Source: Myxococcota bacterium
Lineage (GTDB): Bacteria; Myxococcota_A; UBA9160; UBA4427
Assembly: GCA_036336835.1 (NCBI GenBank)
Contig: JAYZFK010000035.1
Span: 1-56,539, forward strand
DNA: 56,539 nt
Direction of reading: 5' to 3'
Made by a program: the position numbers and the translations under genes. Below the pieces are notes generated by a model. It worked only from the letters and a program-made list of their open reading frames with translations. It did no database searches and was not told the DNA's origin. The first letter of the stretch is position 1. Each line of letters starts with the position of its first letter. Shown here piece after piece: positions 45,584 through 55,478 of this stretch.

Positions 45584-46804
45584 TCAGCTGGCCGACAGCC
45601 AGCTCTTCTCGGGCCCGATCTTCGCTGCCAGGGGCGCCAGCTTCTGGGTGTCGAAACCGTAGAACTCGGCGGCGTTGCCGCCGAGCATGGCCGCGACCTC
45701 GTCCTCCGGCAGGCCCTGGAACGTCTGGTACATCTGGTCCTTGGTGAAGGGCCAGCTGCCCTCGGGGTGCGGATAGTCGCTGCCCCACATGATGCGATCG
45801 ATTCCGATCGCTTCGCGGAGCTCGGCCTCGCGCCGCGGCATGCAGGAAGCGCCGAGGAAGACGTTCTCGCGGAAGGCCTGGGCGGGCGACTTTCCCTTCA
45901 GATGGCTGCGGAAGTCGCCGAGCTTCTGGCTGTAGTGCGCCTCGGCATAGCGTTGCTCGAGCAGTGCCACGTACTCGGGGACCCAGATGGTCGTGCCTTC
46001 GGTGATGGCGACCTTGAGCTTCGGGTACCGGGTGAAGACCCCGCCCCAGAGCATGAAGGTCACCGGACGGACGTTGTAGAAGGGTACCTCGCAGATGTAG
46101 ACGCCCACGGCGCCGGGCGGGATCTCCTGGCCGGGCGCTGGCGGCATCGGGCCGAAGTAGTCCTCGGTCGGCGCGGCCCCCGAGTGGAAGTGGATGATCA
46201 TGCCGAGGTCCTGGCACAGAGCCCACAGCGGCTCGTAGAAGGGATGGTGGTAGGCGTGTCGCTTGCCCCAGCCGTTGGGCAGCAGGATGCCGCCGAGCCC
46301 GTTCTCGCGGGCCCAGCGCACTTCGGCGAGTGTCGTGTCCATGTCGTCCCACAGCGCTGGTACGAGGGCGACGCCGAAGTGGCGCTCGGGCGCCATCGAC
46401 ACGAACTCCGCGAGCCAACGATTGTGAGCGCGTGCGCCGGCCCATTGCATCTCGGGCACGATGTTCTCGGTCGGAAGCCCGAGGTTCGCGCCGAACGGCG
46501 GCGAGTTCATCTCGGTGATGCCGTCGGGGAAGATGATCTCGCCCGCGATGCCGTCGCCGTCGAGAACCTCGAGTCTGGCGTCGTGGTCCCACGCACCGTG
46601 CAGCAGGTGATCGTTCCCTTGACGCCAGCCCTGGTTGATCTCCTCGACCAGGAACGTCTTGCCGGCCTGCCGCGTCATCGCGATCTGGATCGGCAGTGCC
46701 TGATCGAAGGCTTCGTGGTACTGCGGATCGAGGTAGTCGCGGTAGGCCTCGGGGCGCAGGCCCGCGTGGCAGTCGGACGAGATCACTAGATGGCGGTCGG
46801 ACAT
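45584..46804 (-). CDS. Amidohydrolase_2 family protein
   Basis: ISSDCHAG, AHNRWLAE, HFHSG, ITEG and MWGSDYPHPEGSWP motifs. Confidence 0.93.
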   Translation of the reverse strand: MSDRHLVISSDCHAGLRPEAYRDYLDPQYHEAFDQALPIQIAMTRQAGKTFLVEEINQGWRQGNDHLLHGAWDHDARLEVLDGDGIAGEIIFPDGITEMNSPPFGANLGLPTENIVPEMQWAGARAHNRWLAEFVSMAPERHFGVALVPALWDDMDTTLAEVRWARENGLGGILLPNGWGKRHAYHHPFYEPLWALCQDLGMIIHFHSGAAPTEDYFGPMPPAPGQEIPPGAVGVYICEVPFYNVRPVTFMLWGGVFTRYPKLKVAITEGTTIWVPEYVALLEQRYAEAHYSQKLGDFRSHLKGKSPAQAFRENVFLGASCMPRREAELREAIGIDRIMWGSDYPHPEGSWPFTKDQMYQTFQGLPEDEVAAMLGGNAAEFYGFDTQKLAPLAAKIGPEKSWLSAS

Positions 46805-47105
46805 GGTCAGTCCCTCCGAAGATCGTTCAGACCGGATCGCCGGAGCACCGCTTCCGTTGCTTGCGGAGCTCGGCGAGCGCCTCGTCAGCTTCGCACAGCA
46901 AGGGCTCGCCGCGGTACATCTCGTGGGCCCGGGTGTGCAGAGGGTCTGGTACGCCTGCAGAGCGGTCCTGTGGCCGGTGGTCTGCGGGCTACGCGGCTCC
47001 CCCAGCCAGCCCCGACCTCGCTCGTCCGGGCGATCTTGTGCCCCTCGCGCCGAGCAGGCGCGTATGCTCACACCGTCTGACCGGGGGACACTGGAGGAGA
47101 ACGCG

Positions 47106-47972
47106 ATGCAGGATTTCGAGGGCCGTGTAGCGGTCGTGACCGGTGGAGCGAGCGGGATCGGCAAGGCGCTGTCGAAGGCCTTCCTGGGCGAGGGGATGAA
47201 GGTCGTGATCGCCGACGTCGAGCAGTCGGCGCTCGAGGCGACGGCGAAGGAGCTCGGTGAGATCACGCCGGTCGTCACCGACGTATCGGATCCCGACTCG
47301 GTGCAGCGGCTTGCCGATCGCGTGTTCGAGGAGTTCGGTGCCTGCCACGTGCTGTGCAACAACGCCGGCGTCGGCGCGCCGAATCTCGACGTCTGGGACA
47401 CGACGCCCAACGACTGGAAGTGGGTGTACGGCGTGAATGTGAGCGGAGTGGCCTACGGCATCCAGGCCTTCGTGCCGCGCATGCTGGAGTCGGGCGAAGA
47501 GGGATTCGTGATGAATACTTCCTCGGGCGACGGCGGCATCTCGCCGCTTGCAGAGCAAGTGATCTATGCGTCGAGCAAGGCGGCCGTGTCGATCATGACC
47601 GAGTGCCTGGCGGCACAGCTCACGGACCAGAACACCAAGCTGCGCGCTGCGATCTTCTACCCCTCGGGCGGGATGCTCGACACCGGGATCTGGACCACGA
47701 AGCGCAATCGGCCGAAGGAGCTGGCTCGCGAGCGGCCGGTCGATGTGAGCCAGGAGATCACGTTCGATCAATTCATGGCGGGTGCCAAGGCCAAGGGAAT
47801 GGACCTTCCGGTCCAGGACCTCGACGAGCTCGCCCAGTTCGCGCTCGAGGGCATCCGCAACGAGGACTTCGTGATCATGATCCGGCGCGAGGAAATGGAG
47901 GCCCAGCTGAACCAGCGAGCCGCCAAGCTCGCCAAGGGACAGTGCCCGATCGAGGTCGGCCACTTCGGCTGA
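47106..47972 (+). CDS. Short-chain dehydrogenase/reductase
   Basis: TGGASGIG, NNAGV, NTSS and YASSK motifs. GGAGGAG before ATG. Confidence 0.95.
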   Translation: MQDFEGRVAVVTGGASGIGKALSKAFLGEGMKVVIADVEQSALEATAKELGEITPVVTDVSDPDSVQRLADRVFEEFGACHVLCNNAGVGAPNLDVWDTTPNDWKWVYGVNVSGVAYGIQAFVPRMLESGEEGFVMNTSSGDGGISPLAEQVIYASSKAAVSIMTECLAAQLTDQNTKLRAAIFYPSGGMLDTGIWTTKRNRPKELARERPVDVSQEITFDQFMAGAKAKGMDLPVQDLDELAQFALEGIRNEDFVIMIRREEMEAQLNQRAAKLAKGQCPIEVGHFG

Positions 47973-47981
47973 CTGGCGTCG

Positions 47982-49409
47982 TCAGTCGCCGTCGTCCTCG
48001 GCGTGCGCGGTCTTGACCAGGTCGCCGCGCTCGAATCGGTGGTCGCTGAAGACGCCGTTGTTGACGGCCGTCTCGAGCACGCTCCACGCGTTGTCGGTGC
48101 GGAGGCTCAGTCGTTCGAGTGCCTCGTTCTCGGTCGCTTCCGTGACGCCCATGCGCAGGACGACGATCCCGTCGGCCTCGCCCGGCTCGAGTGTTGCGAA
48201 GCTTCGCACCGGAAGAGTCAGATTGCCGCGCTGTGCCTTTGCGCGCCGGGACGGTGCGATGCCGACGATGCGCCAGGTGGCGCCCGCGAACGGGAAGAAT
48301 GTCACCACACCGGTGACCGACAGGCCTCCGCCGAACGACTGGATCTCCATCCGCCAGCCCGGGAATTCGCCGACCTGCACCGGGTTCGACGCCCGCAACT
48401 CGACGCGTCCGCCTTCGCGCTCCTTCTCGAGCCACTGCTCGGCGGTCCGTTGCGGCTCGCCGGGTGGGAGATCGGCGGTCAGGTAGACGATTGCGTCGCC
48501 ACGCGGTGCAAATGCACCGACCGCCTGTGCCGAGTTCGAGGTGCGCCAGTCGCGCGGGAAGCGGACTTTGAAGCCGAGCGTCGGGTGGAGGAACAGCGAG
48601 CCCTGGAACAAACCCGTCTCTGGGCGCGGGCCGACGGGGATGCCCTCGGTCTTGGCGAGGATCGCCCGGCGGGGGTCGCCGATCGAGGGGTCGCGCCGCC
48701 AGCGGATCTCGCTGGCGCGTGCTGCGTTCACGGCGGTGCGCTCGCGCGAGGCGGGGTGGGAGTCGAAGAAGCCGGCGCCGCGCGGATGGCCCAGCTGCAT
48801 CCGCTCCAGCTGGTCGAGCGAGCGCAGGAACGTCGACATGCCCATCGGCGAGTAGCCCGCCGCGGCACACAGGATCTGTCCGCCGTGATCGGCGTCGCGC
48901 TCCATGTCGCGGCTGTAGGCGGCCATCCGCCCGGCGGCGCCAAAGCCGCCCAGCAATCCGCCGTTGTGGCGGGCCAGCGCCTGCTGCTCGGCCGCGTGTC
49001 GGTGAGCGACGTGGGTGATTTCGTGTCCGATCACGCAGGCCAGCTCGTCTTCGTCGTTGACCATGACCAGCAGACCGCGCGAGATGAAGATGTGCCCGCC
49101 GGGCAGGGCGAACGCGTTGGGCTCCGTCTGGTCGACGACGTAGAAGCGATACTGGAAGCCACGCCGTGGGACGCCGCGCAGCAGCTTGTGCCCGAGGCGG
49201 TTTACGTACTCCGTCAGTACGGGGTCCTCGAGCAGCCCCATCTGTGCGACTACCTGCTGTGAGGCCTCTTCGCCGACGCGGACATCGTCGTACTCGGTCG
49301 TCAGCAGGACCGTGCGCTTCTTCTGCTTGGACTTGCCGCCTCCGTCTCCGGCACAGCCGAGCGGTAACAGCGCTGCCGTGAGGACCAGGGCAACCGCGAG
49401 CCGTCTCAT
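47982..49409 (-). CDS. M48 family metalloprotease lipoprotein
   Basis: Lipobox PLG-C; PNAFALPGG, GHEITH, YSRDMERDAD and SHP motifs; degenerate LysM-like C-terminus. Confidence 0.92.
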   Translation of the reverse strand: MRRLAVALVLTAALLPLGCAGDGGGKSKQKKRTVLLTTEYDDVRVGEEASQQVVAQMGLLEDPVLTEYVNRLGHKLLRGVPRRGFQYRFYVVDQTEPNAFALPGGHIFISRGLLVMVNDEDELACVIGHEITHVAHRHAAEQQALARHNGGLLGGFGAAGRMAAYSRDMERDADHGGQILCAAAGYSPMGMSTFLRSLDQLERMQLGHPRGAGFFDSHPASRERTAVNAARASEIRWRRDPSIGDPRRAILAKTEGIPVGPRPETGLFQGSLFLHPTLGFKVRFPRDWRTSNSAQAVGAFAPRGDAIVYLTADLPPGEPQRTAEQWLEKEREGGRVELRASNPVQVGEFPGWRMEIQSFGGGLSVTGVVTFFPFAGATWRIVGIAPSRRAKAQRGNLTLPVRSFATLEPGEADGIVVLRMGVTEATENEALERLSLRTDNAWSVLETAVNNGVFSDHRFERGDLVKTAHAEDDGD

Positions 49410-49416
49410 CACATCC

Positions 49417-50238
49417 TCAGGGCATTGAGTCGAGCCAGGCGTCGTCGCCGAGCCAGCGCGCCTTGAGCTGGCCCAGGAGTCCCGCGTACTCGAGCGTGTC
49501 GAGGTAGTTCCCCACGAGATTGACGAGCAGGGGCGCATCGGCGCGGATCGCGACACCGAGTGGCTCGACCGTGAACGGGGTCATGTGCTCGCTGAAGCCG
49601 GCGTCGGGGTATCGCATCGTGGCGTAGTTGCACAGCGGGAAGTCGGCGAGCACGGCGTCCACCTCGCCGGCGAGTACCAGCGCGACGGCCGTATCGAAGT
49701 CCGGCGTGCTGACGAGTGTCGCGGCCGGGAGCTGCTCACGAGCGAAGGCCTCGTTGGTGGTGCCGGCAACGGCGGCATAGCGCCGCGTGGCGTCATCGAG
49801 CAGCTCGATGGAGCCACTGCGGGCGAGCGCGTCGGACCTGGTGAGCGCAGCGGTGCCCGACACGTAGTAGGGGCCGGCGAACGGAACGTGCGCGTTGCGC
49901 TCCGGGGTGATCGTCATCGCCGAGATCACGATGTCAACGCGCGCGGCGACGAGTGCCGGAAGCAGCTCGGCGAAGGGCACGGTGACGAGCTCGGTCTCGA
50001 GCCCCATGGCATTCGCGAGCATCTCGGCGAGGTCGACGTCGAGCCCGATCAGGGCGCCGTCGCGGTCGCGCATGTTGAACGGGGGCTGGTCGCCCGACAG
50101 ACCGATGCGCAGGACCCCGCTCGCAATGACCCCGTGGAGCGGGTCGAGCGCCGCATCCGAGTTCGTTGCCGGAGGCATCTGGCAGGCCGCCAGGAAAAGA
50201 GTGGTGAAAGCGACCGCGAGGAGTCGCAGGATTCGCAT
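49417..50238 (-). CDS. Amino-acid-type (family 3) substrate-binding lipoprotein
   Basis: Lipobox LAA-C; GVLRIG...PPF, GLDVDLA, MTITPERN and FAGPY motifs. Confidence 0.92.
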   Translation of the reverse strand: MRILRLLAVAFTTLFLAACQMPPATNSDAALDPLHGVIASGVLRIGLSGDQPPFNMRDRDGALIGLDVDLAEMLANAMGLETELVTVPFAELLPALVAARVDIVISAMTITPERNAHVPFAGPYYVSGTAALTRSDALARSGSIELLDDATRRYAAVAGTTNEAFAREQLPAATLVSTPDFDTAVALVLAGEVDAVLADFPLCNYATMRYPDAGFSEHMTPFTVEPLGVAIRADAPLLVNLVGNYLDTLEYAGLLGQLKARWLGDDAWLDSMP

Positions 50239-50321
50239 CGAAGGCCCTCCAGGCCCTTGTGTAGCAGCCTCGGATCGCGCTGGATGCCCGGGACTCCCCC
50301 GCCCTGCGCGGGGATGGCAGG

Positions 50322-51590
50322 CTACGCGGCAGTACGCGGACGGATCTTGTAGCGCACGGGCAGGGTCTTGAGCCCGACGACGAAGCTCGCGTGGATCTGG
50401 GACGCATCGCCGATGTACTCGAGCTGCTCGACACGTTCGCCCATCTCTTCGAGCAGGGCGCGCGCGCTCATGCGGGCAACGTGGGCGCCGAGGCAGAAAT
50501 GCTCGCCGGTTCCGAAGCCGAGGTGGCGGTTCGGGTGCCGGGTGATGTCGAAGCGGAACGGATCCTCGAAGACGTCCTCGTCGCGGTTGGCCGAGGCATA
50601 GAACAGGACCAGGTGGTCGGTCTTCTTGATCGCTTGTCCGTGGACCTCCGTGTCGTGCAGAGCAGTGCGCCGCATGTAGTTTACCGGCGATGCCCAGCGC
50701 ACGACCTCCTCGACGGCCTTCTTCGACAGCTCGGGATGCTTCTTGAGCAGCTCGAGCTGGTCAGGATTCTCCAGCATGGCGGCGAATCCGGACGAGAGGG
50801 CATTGCGCGTCGTATCATGGCCTGCGGTGAATACGATCAGGTAGTAGCCGAACGTCTCGATTGGTCCCATGGGCTCGCCATTGGGCATCTTCGCCGTGGC
50901 GAGCAGGGTCGCGAGATCGTCACGCGGGTTGGCGCGGCGATCCTGGATGATGCGGTCGAACAGCTGGTAGAACTCGAGGCCCAGCTCCGCGAGGGCCTTT
51001 GCGCGGTCGTCTCCCTCGCGTTGCAGATCCGGGTCGTCACTCGCGAACAGCTGCTGCGTCAGCTCGAGGACGCGTTCCTCGTCGGCCTCGTCGATCCCGA
51101 GGAGCGTCGCGAGCACGCGTAGCGGGTGGCGTTGCGCGACCCGCTCGACGAAGTCGCACTCGCCCTCCTCGCCGAGCGAGTCGATCAAGCTGCGGGCGCT
51201 CTGGGTCACGATCTCGTCGAGCCGCTGGATGCTGCGGGGCGTAAAGAAGCCACTTGCGACCTTGCGGAAGTCGCGGTGTTCCGGCGGGTCCATTTCGATG
51301 ATCGTGCGCATCTGCCCCAGAGGCGTGCTGCCACGGTTGTCGATCGCGTCCTGCTGTTCGCGGTTCAACACCGTGATCCCGGCAGCATTGCTGAACGTCT
51401 GGGGATTGCCCGAGATCTCCATGATGTCGGCGTGCTTCGTGATCGCCCAGAAATCGCGGAACTCGCCCGCGTACTCGCAGCGGTGGACGGGCGACTCGGC
51501 CCGCAGCTTCGTCCAGACGTCGTGGGGAACGCCCTTCTCACCGTAGTTGGTCGGAGCGATCAGGTCGTAGGGGTCGATCTGGCTCATCAT
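50322..51590 (-). CDS. Cytochrome P450
   Basis: MDPPEH, AGHDTT (I helix), EEVVRW (ExxR), SANRDE and FGTGEHFCLG heme motif. Confidence 0.97.
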   Translation of the reverse strand: MMSQIDPYDLIAPTNYGEKGVPHDVWTKLRAESPVHRCEYAGEFRDFWAITKHADIMEISGNPQTFSNAAGITVLNREQQDAIDNRGSTPLGQMRTIIEMDPPEHRDFRKVASGFFTPRSIQRLDEIVTQSARSLIDSLGEEGECDFVERVAQRHPLRVLATLLGIDEADEERVLELTQQLFASDDPDLQREGDDRAKALAELGLEFYQLFDRIIQDRRANPRDDLATLLATAKMPNGEPMGPIETFGYYLIVFTAGHDTTRNALSSGFAAMLENPDQLELLKKHPELSKKAVEEVVRWASPVNYMRRTALHDTEVHGQAIKKTDHLVLFYASANRDEDVFEDPFRFDITRHPNRHLGFGTGEHFCLGAHVARMSARALLEEMGERVEQLEYIGDASQIHASFVVGLKTLPVRYKIRPRTAA

Positions 51591-51672
51591 TTCGGATTCC
51601 TTCGGCCTGGGGCACGCCTGGCGGGCATTATATGGCCCCGGCAAGCTCGTAGGAAGGACACCCGGAGGAGAG

Positions 51673-53157
51673 ATGAGCGGAGAGTCCGTCTCCTATCAGG
51701 AAAAGGACGCTGCCTGGTTCGAGGAGCGCCGTTTGCGCCGTCACGCGGGTGTCGGCTCGTTGTGGGCGCTCGGCGTGGGGGCGGTCATCTCGGGCGACTT
51801 CTTCGGCTGGAACTTCGGCTTGACCGTGGGCGGCTTCGGAGGCCTGTTGATCGCGACCGTCATCGCGACGCTGTTGTACGCGGGCCTGTGCATGAGCATT
51901 GCCGAGCTCGCCGCTGCACTGCCCCACGCGGGCGGCGCCTACTCGTTCGGTCGCACGGCGTTCGGTCCCTGGGGCGGCTTCGTCGTCGGTCTCGCGGCGA
52001 ACATCGAGTACGTCCTGACGCCTGCAGTCATCGTGGTCGGCATCGGCGGCTATCTGGGGGCGGTGTTCGAGACGCCGCCGGCCGCGGCGCCGCTGTGGTG
52101 GCTCGGCGCCTACGCGCTGTTCGTCGGGCTCAATGTGCGCGGCGTCGAGCTCACCTTCCGCGTCGCGATCGCGACGACCGTGCTGGCGCTGGTCGTGCTG
52201 CTCTTCTTCTACGCGCTGGCGCTGCCGAGCTTCTCGTGGGAGATGGCGCTGGCGGTCGAGCCGGACCCGGGCCAGTCGCGCTTCCTGCCCCGCGGCGGGC
52301 TCGGTGTGCTGTGGGCGCTGCCGTTTGCGATGTGGTTCTTCCTCGCGGTCGAGGAGCTCCCGCTCGCGGCCGAGGAGGCGCGCGATCCGGTGCGCGATCT
52401 GCCGCGTGCGCTGCGCTGGGCGCTGTGGACGCTCGTCGCCACCGCCTTCCTGATGTTGTTCGCAAACGCGGGCCTGGCACCCGGAGCCGCCGAGGTCGGT
52501 GCGAGCGACGAGCCGCTGTTCCTCGGCTTCCGCGCGATCTTCGGCGATGCGACTCCGGCGAAGCTGCTGGCACTGATCGCCGTGTCGGGGTTGATCGCGA
52601 GCTTCCACTCCATCATTTATGCCTACGGCCGCAATATCTACGCGCTGTCCCGAGCCGGCTACTTCCCGCACTGGCTCTCGCGCACCAACGGCGTCCATCA
52701 GACACCGCACGTGGCGCTGGTCGTGGGTGCGTCGATCGGTTTCGTGGTGGCGCTCGCCATCGAGTACTCGGATGCGGTCTTCGGCTCGGTGCCGGTCGGC
52801 GCCGTGCTGCTCAACATGGCGGTGTTCGGAGCGCTCGTCTCCTACCTGATCCAGGCGGCGTCGTTTCTCGAGCTTCGCCGCCGCTTCCCTGAGCTCGAGC
52901 GTCCGTACCGCAGCCGGTTTGGCAGGGCCGGCGCCGTGGTGGCGCTCGGCCTGTCGGCGCTGACGCTGGTGTTCCTGTTCTTGAATCCCGAGTACCGGGC
53001 CGGCGTGTGGGGCTGCGCAGTCTGGTACGCGCTCGGGCTGGCCTACTTCGCGCTGCGCGGGCGGCACCAGTTGGTGCGGTCACCGGAAGAGGACGCGGCC
53101 GAGCAGGTGAGGCGGGGGCCCGCCCCGGCTAGCTCGCCGGATCGAGAAGCTCCTTGA
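51673..53157 (+). CDS. APC-family amino acid permease (ethanolamine permease-like)
   Basis: LWALGVGAVISGDFFGWNFG, PHAGGAY, FLAVEELPLAAEE, ASFHSII and LERPYRS motifs. Confidence 0.92.
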   Translation: MSGESVSYQEKDAAWFEERRLRRHAGVGSLWALGVGAVISGDFFGWNFGLTVGGFGGLLIATVIATLLYAGLCMSIAELAAALPHAGGAYSFGRTAFGPWGGFVVGLAANIEYVLTPAVIVVGIGGYLGAVFETPPAAAPLWWLGAYALFVGLNVRGVELTFRVAIATTVLALVVLLFFYALALPSFSWEMALAVEPDPGQSRFLPRGGLGVLWALPFAMWFFLAVEELPLAAEEARDPVRDLPRALRWALWTLVATAFLMLFANAGLAPGAAEVGASDEPLFLGFRAIFGDATPAKLLALIAVSGLIASFHSIIYAYGRNIYALSRAGYFPHWLSRTNGVHQTPHVALVVGASIGFVVALAIEYSDAVFGSVPVGAVLLNMAVFGALVSYLIQAASFLELRRRFPELERPYRSRFGRAGAVVALGLSALTLVFLFLNPEYRAGVWGCAVWYALGLAYFALRGRHQLVRSPEEDAAEQVRRGPAPASSPDREAP

Positions 53158-54259
53158 AGCCGTAGCGCGCGTGCGGGCCGATGCAGATCTGCTCGAGCAC
53201 GCCAACGCCTTCCTGGCCATCGCATTTGGCCGTGACCACCTGCTGGATGTGCTGGTTCTCGAGCGCCATCTCGACGACGTCGTCGGTCTTCCACTTCTCG
53301 CCGCCGATCGCGAGCTCGCCCTTCCAGCGCCCGTGGCCCCACTCGGGGTGCGAGTAGCCGATGCCCTTCATGCGAAAGCAGAGCACGGTTTCGAGCTCGA
53401 TCGCGTTCACCTTGCCGCTGAGCTCGGTCTTGGTCACGACGGCGCGGCGAGCGCGCCGCGTGCCGGGGATGTACTCGATGTCGTGCGCGACCGACATCAG
53501 CGGCAGCGTGGCGGGGTCCTCGATGCCCGGGATGTCGTCCGGGTTCTCGTAGGTCGGCAGCACCATGCCGTCCCAGTGCCACATCACGCCGTGTGTGTTC
53601 TCGAAGATCCCCGCGTGGGTGCAGCGATCCTTCCAGTGGAGCGGGGCCCACAGGAAGAACACGCCGCCGCCCTGGCTGGGCAGCGGTGGCGCCCCGGCCG
53701 GGTCGGGCTCGCCCACTGGGCGCACTCCCCACGAACGGTCCTTGGTGCCGTAGGTGGTCGATGGATCGACCTTCAGGGTGCGGCCGTCGTAGCGGAGCTC
53801 GCCTTGCCAATAGCCGAACTGATTGAAGCGCGTTGCCTCCATCGTCGAGCGCACACCCGTGTAGGAGTGCTGGTGTGCCTCGGTGAAGTTTGCCGTGCGC
53901 GCGATCCAGGAGAGCTCGCCCGAGAAGCCCGTCTCGTTGTCGTCGACCGTGACGCGCAGCGACTTCATCGGCTCGATGATGTCGATCTTGAACGGGCCGA
54001 TCTCGATCTCCGACGGCTCGCTTCCGGCGCGGCGCGAGCAGTGGAAGGCGTGCTGCTCACCATCGATCACCAGCGAGACGCCGCCGTCGAGGATTCCCAG
54101 GTTGGGGTAGAGCGCGGCGCCGACGCCGAAGTAGAACTCGCCACCCTGGTCGTAGCCGTTGAACCAGTAGCGGTCGTAGCTGTTGCGATCGGCGCTCGCC
54201 TTGACGGCCAGCGGGCGGGAAATCTGATGGACCGGGTAGTCGTCGAGCTTGGAGAGCAT
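53129..54259 (-). CDS. Conserved uncharacterised beta-rich protein (paralog of 13243-14352)
   Basis: DDYPVHQ, DRNSYDRYWFN, YPNLG, KDRSWGVR and WGHG motifs. GAGGAG before ATG. Confidence 0.85.
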   Translation of the reverse strand: MLSKLDDYPVHQISRPLAVKASADRNSYDRYWFNGYDQGGEFYFGVGAALYPNLGILDGGVSLVIDGEQHAFHCSRRAGSEPSEIEIGPFKIDIIEPMKSLRVTVDDNETGFSGELSWIARTANFTEAHQHSYTGVRSTMEATRFNQFGYWQGELRYDGRTLKVDPSTTYGTKDRSWGVRPVGEPDPAGAPPLPSQGGGVFFLWAPLHWKDRCTHAGIFENTHGVMWHWDGMVLPTYENPDDIPGIEDPATLPLMSVAHDIEYIPGTRRARRAVVTKTELSGKVNAIELETVLCFRMKGIGYSHPEWGHGRWKGELAIGGEKWKTDDVVEMALENQHIQQVVTAKCDGQEGVGVLEQICIGPHARYGFKELLDPAS

Positions 54260-54365
54260 GTCGGCTCCTCGCGGCGCGCTGAGTTCGAGGCCGCGCATTC
54301 TGGGCGAATCGAGTGGTGATTGCCAGCGGAGCAAGCTGCGGCCGATGCGCTTGGTCGCGAACCGA

Positions 54366-54611
54366 TCAGTCGATCGGCTCGATCCGCGCTCCGGCGAGCT
54401 CGCGCACCGGAGGCCCGGTGTCCCGGTGAAACTCGGCGCGCGCCCCGCGCCAGTAGAGCGGCAGCGTCTCGTTGGCGCGCTCGAGCTCGAGGAACCAGGC
54501 GGGGCGCCGGCGGTTCTGCGACTCCCAGCGCGTGAGGGTCCCGCCGAGCTGCTGCTCGACCCAGGCGAAGCCGCGCGGCCACGGCTCGGGTCGAGCGGCG
54601 CGCTCGAGCAT
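54366..54611 (-). pseudogene. Probable truncated N-terminal fragment of an APH-like phosphotransferase
   Basis: 81 aa including WVEQQLGG....ESQNRRRPAWFLELER....LPLYWRG, which I recall from the N-terminus of much longer phosphotransferase-family proteins. No catalytic HGD motif follows. Confidence 0.5.
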
Positions 54612-54622
54612 GGACGGCCTCG

Positions 54623-55474
54623 CTAGGCGAGCTTCTTCAGGATGCGGCGGGCATTGGCGCCGAGCACCTTCGCTTCCGTGGCTCCGAGCTCGAGCGCCCG
54701 CAGCTGGTCGAGCGCCTCGGAGTGCGCCACCACCGGAAAGCCACTGCCGAACAACGTCTTGTCGCGGCCGGGCCCGCGCACGAAGTCCGCGAACGCCTGT
54801 GGCCAGCGACGCGGCGGATAGGTGGCCGAGCCCAGATAGACGTTCGGAAACTTGAGGGCCATGGCAATCGCCTCGTCGACCCAGGGCCAGCCCGTGTGGG
54901 AGAGCACGAAGTCGACGTCCGGGAAGTAGATCGCCGGCCGGTCGATGCCGATCGGTGCGCCGCACTCGCTGGGCATCAGTCCGCCGGAGGCGCCCGCCTG
55001 CATTACTACGGGGACACCCGTCTCGCCCGCGAGCGTGTAGTACGGGTAGTACTCGGGGGCGTCGAAGCGCAGGTCGAAGCTGTGGGTGTGGCTGTGCAGG
55101 GCCACCATCCACGACGCATCGAGGGCGCGGCGGGCGCTCTCGACGCCTGCCATGCCGCGTCGCGGATCGATCGACCAGGCGGCGACGAAGCGTCCCGGGT
55201 GCGATTTCGCGAGGGCTTCGGCCTCCTCGGGCCGGCAAGCCATCGACTCGAAGTCGAGTGGACCGGCCTCGGGAGACAGCTCGCAGGTCGGGAGCACGAG
55301 GCTCGCGATGCCGAGCTGGTCCATGCGCTCGACCATGGCGTCGCCGCTGACGAAGCCGTCGCGCTCGCCCGCGAGCTGGAGCGCCACCTGCTGTGCCGCG
55401 AGCGAGGCCTGCCACAGTGCGGCCCGGTCGGGCGTGAAGGCGTTGCACCAGTAGTCGACGACGCCCGGCGCCAT
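54623..55474 (-). CDS. Amidohydrolase_2 family protein with atypical metal motifs
   Basis: YYPYY....ETGVPV, IDRPAIYFP, SHTGWPW and KTLFGSGFP motifs. N-terminal DYWCN replaces DxHxH. Confidence 0.88.
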   Translation of the reverse strand: MAPGVVDYWCNAFTPDRAALWQASLAAQQVALQLAGERDGFVSGDAMVERMDQLGIASLVLPTCELSPEAGPLDFESMACRPEEAEALAKSHPGRFVAAWSIDPRRGMAGVESARRALDASWMVALHSHTHSFDLRFDAPEYYPYYTLAGETGVPVVMQAGASGGLMPSECGAPIGIDRPAIYFPDVDFVLSHTGWPWVDEAIAMALKFPNVYLGSATYPPRRWPQAFADFVRGPGRDKTLFGSGFPVVAHSEALDQLRALELGATEAKVLGANARRILKKLA

Positions 55475-55478
55475 CGCG

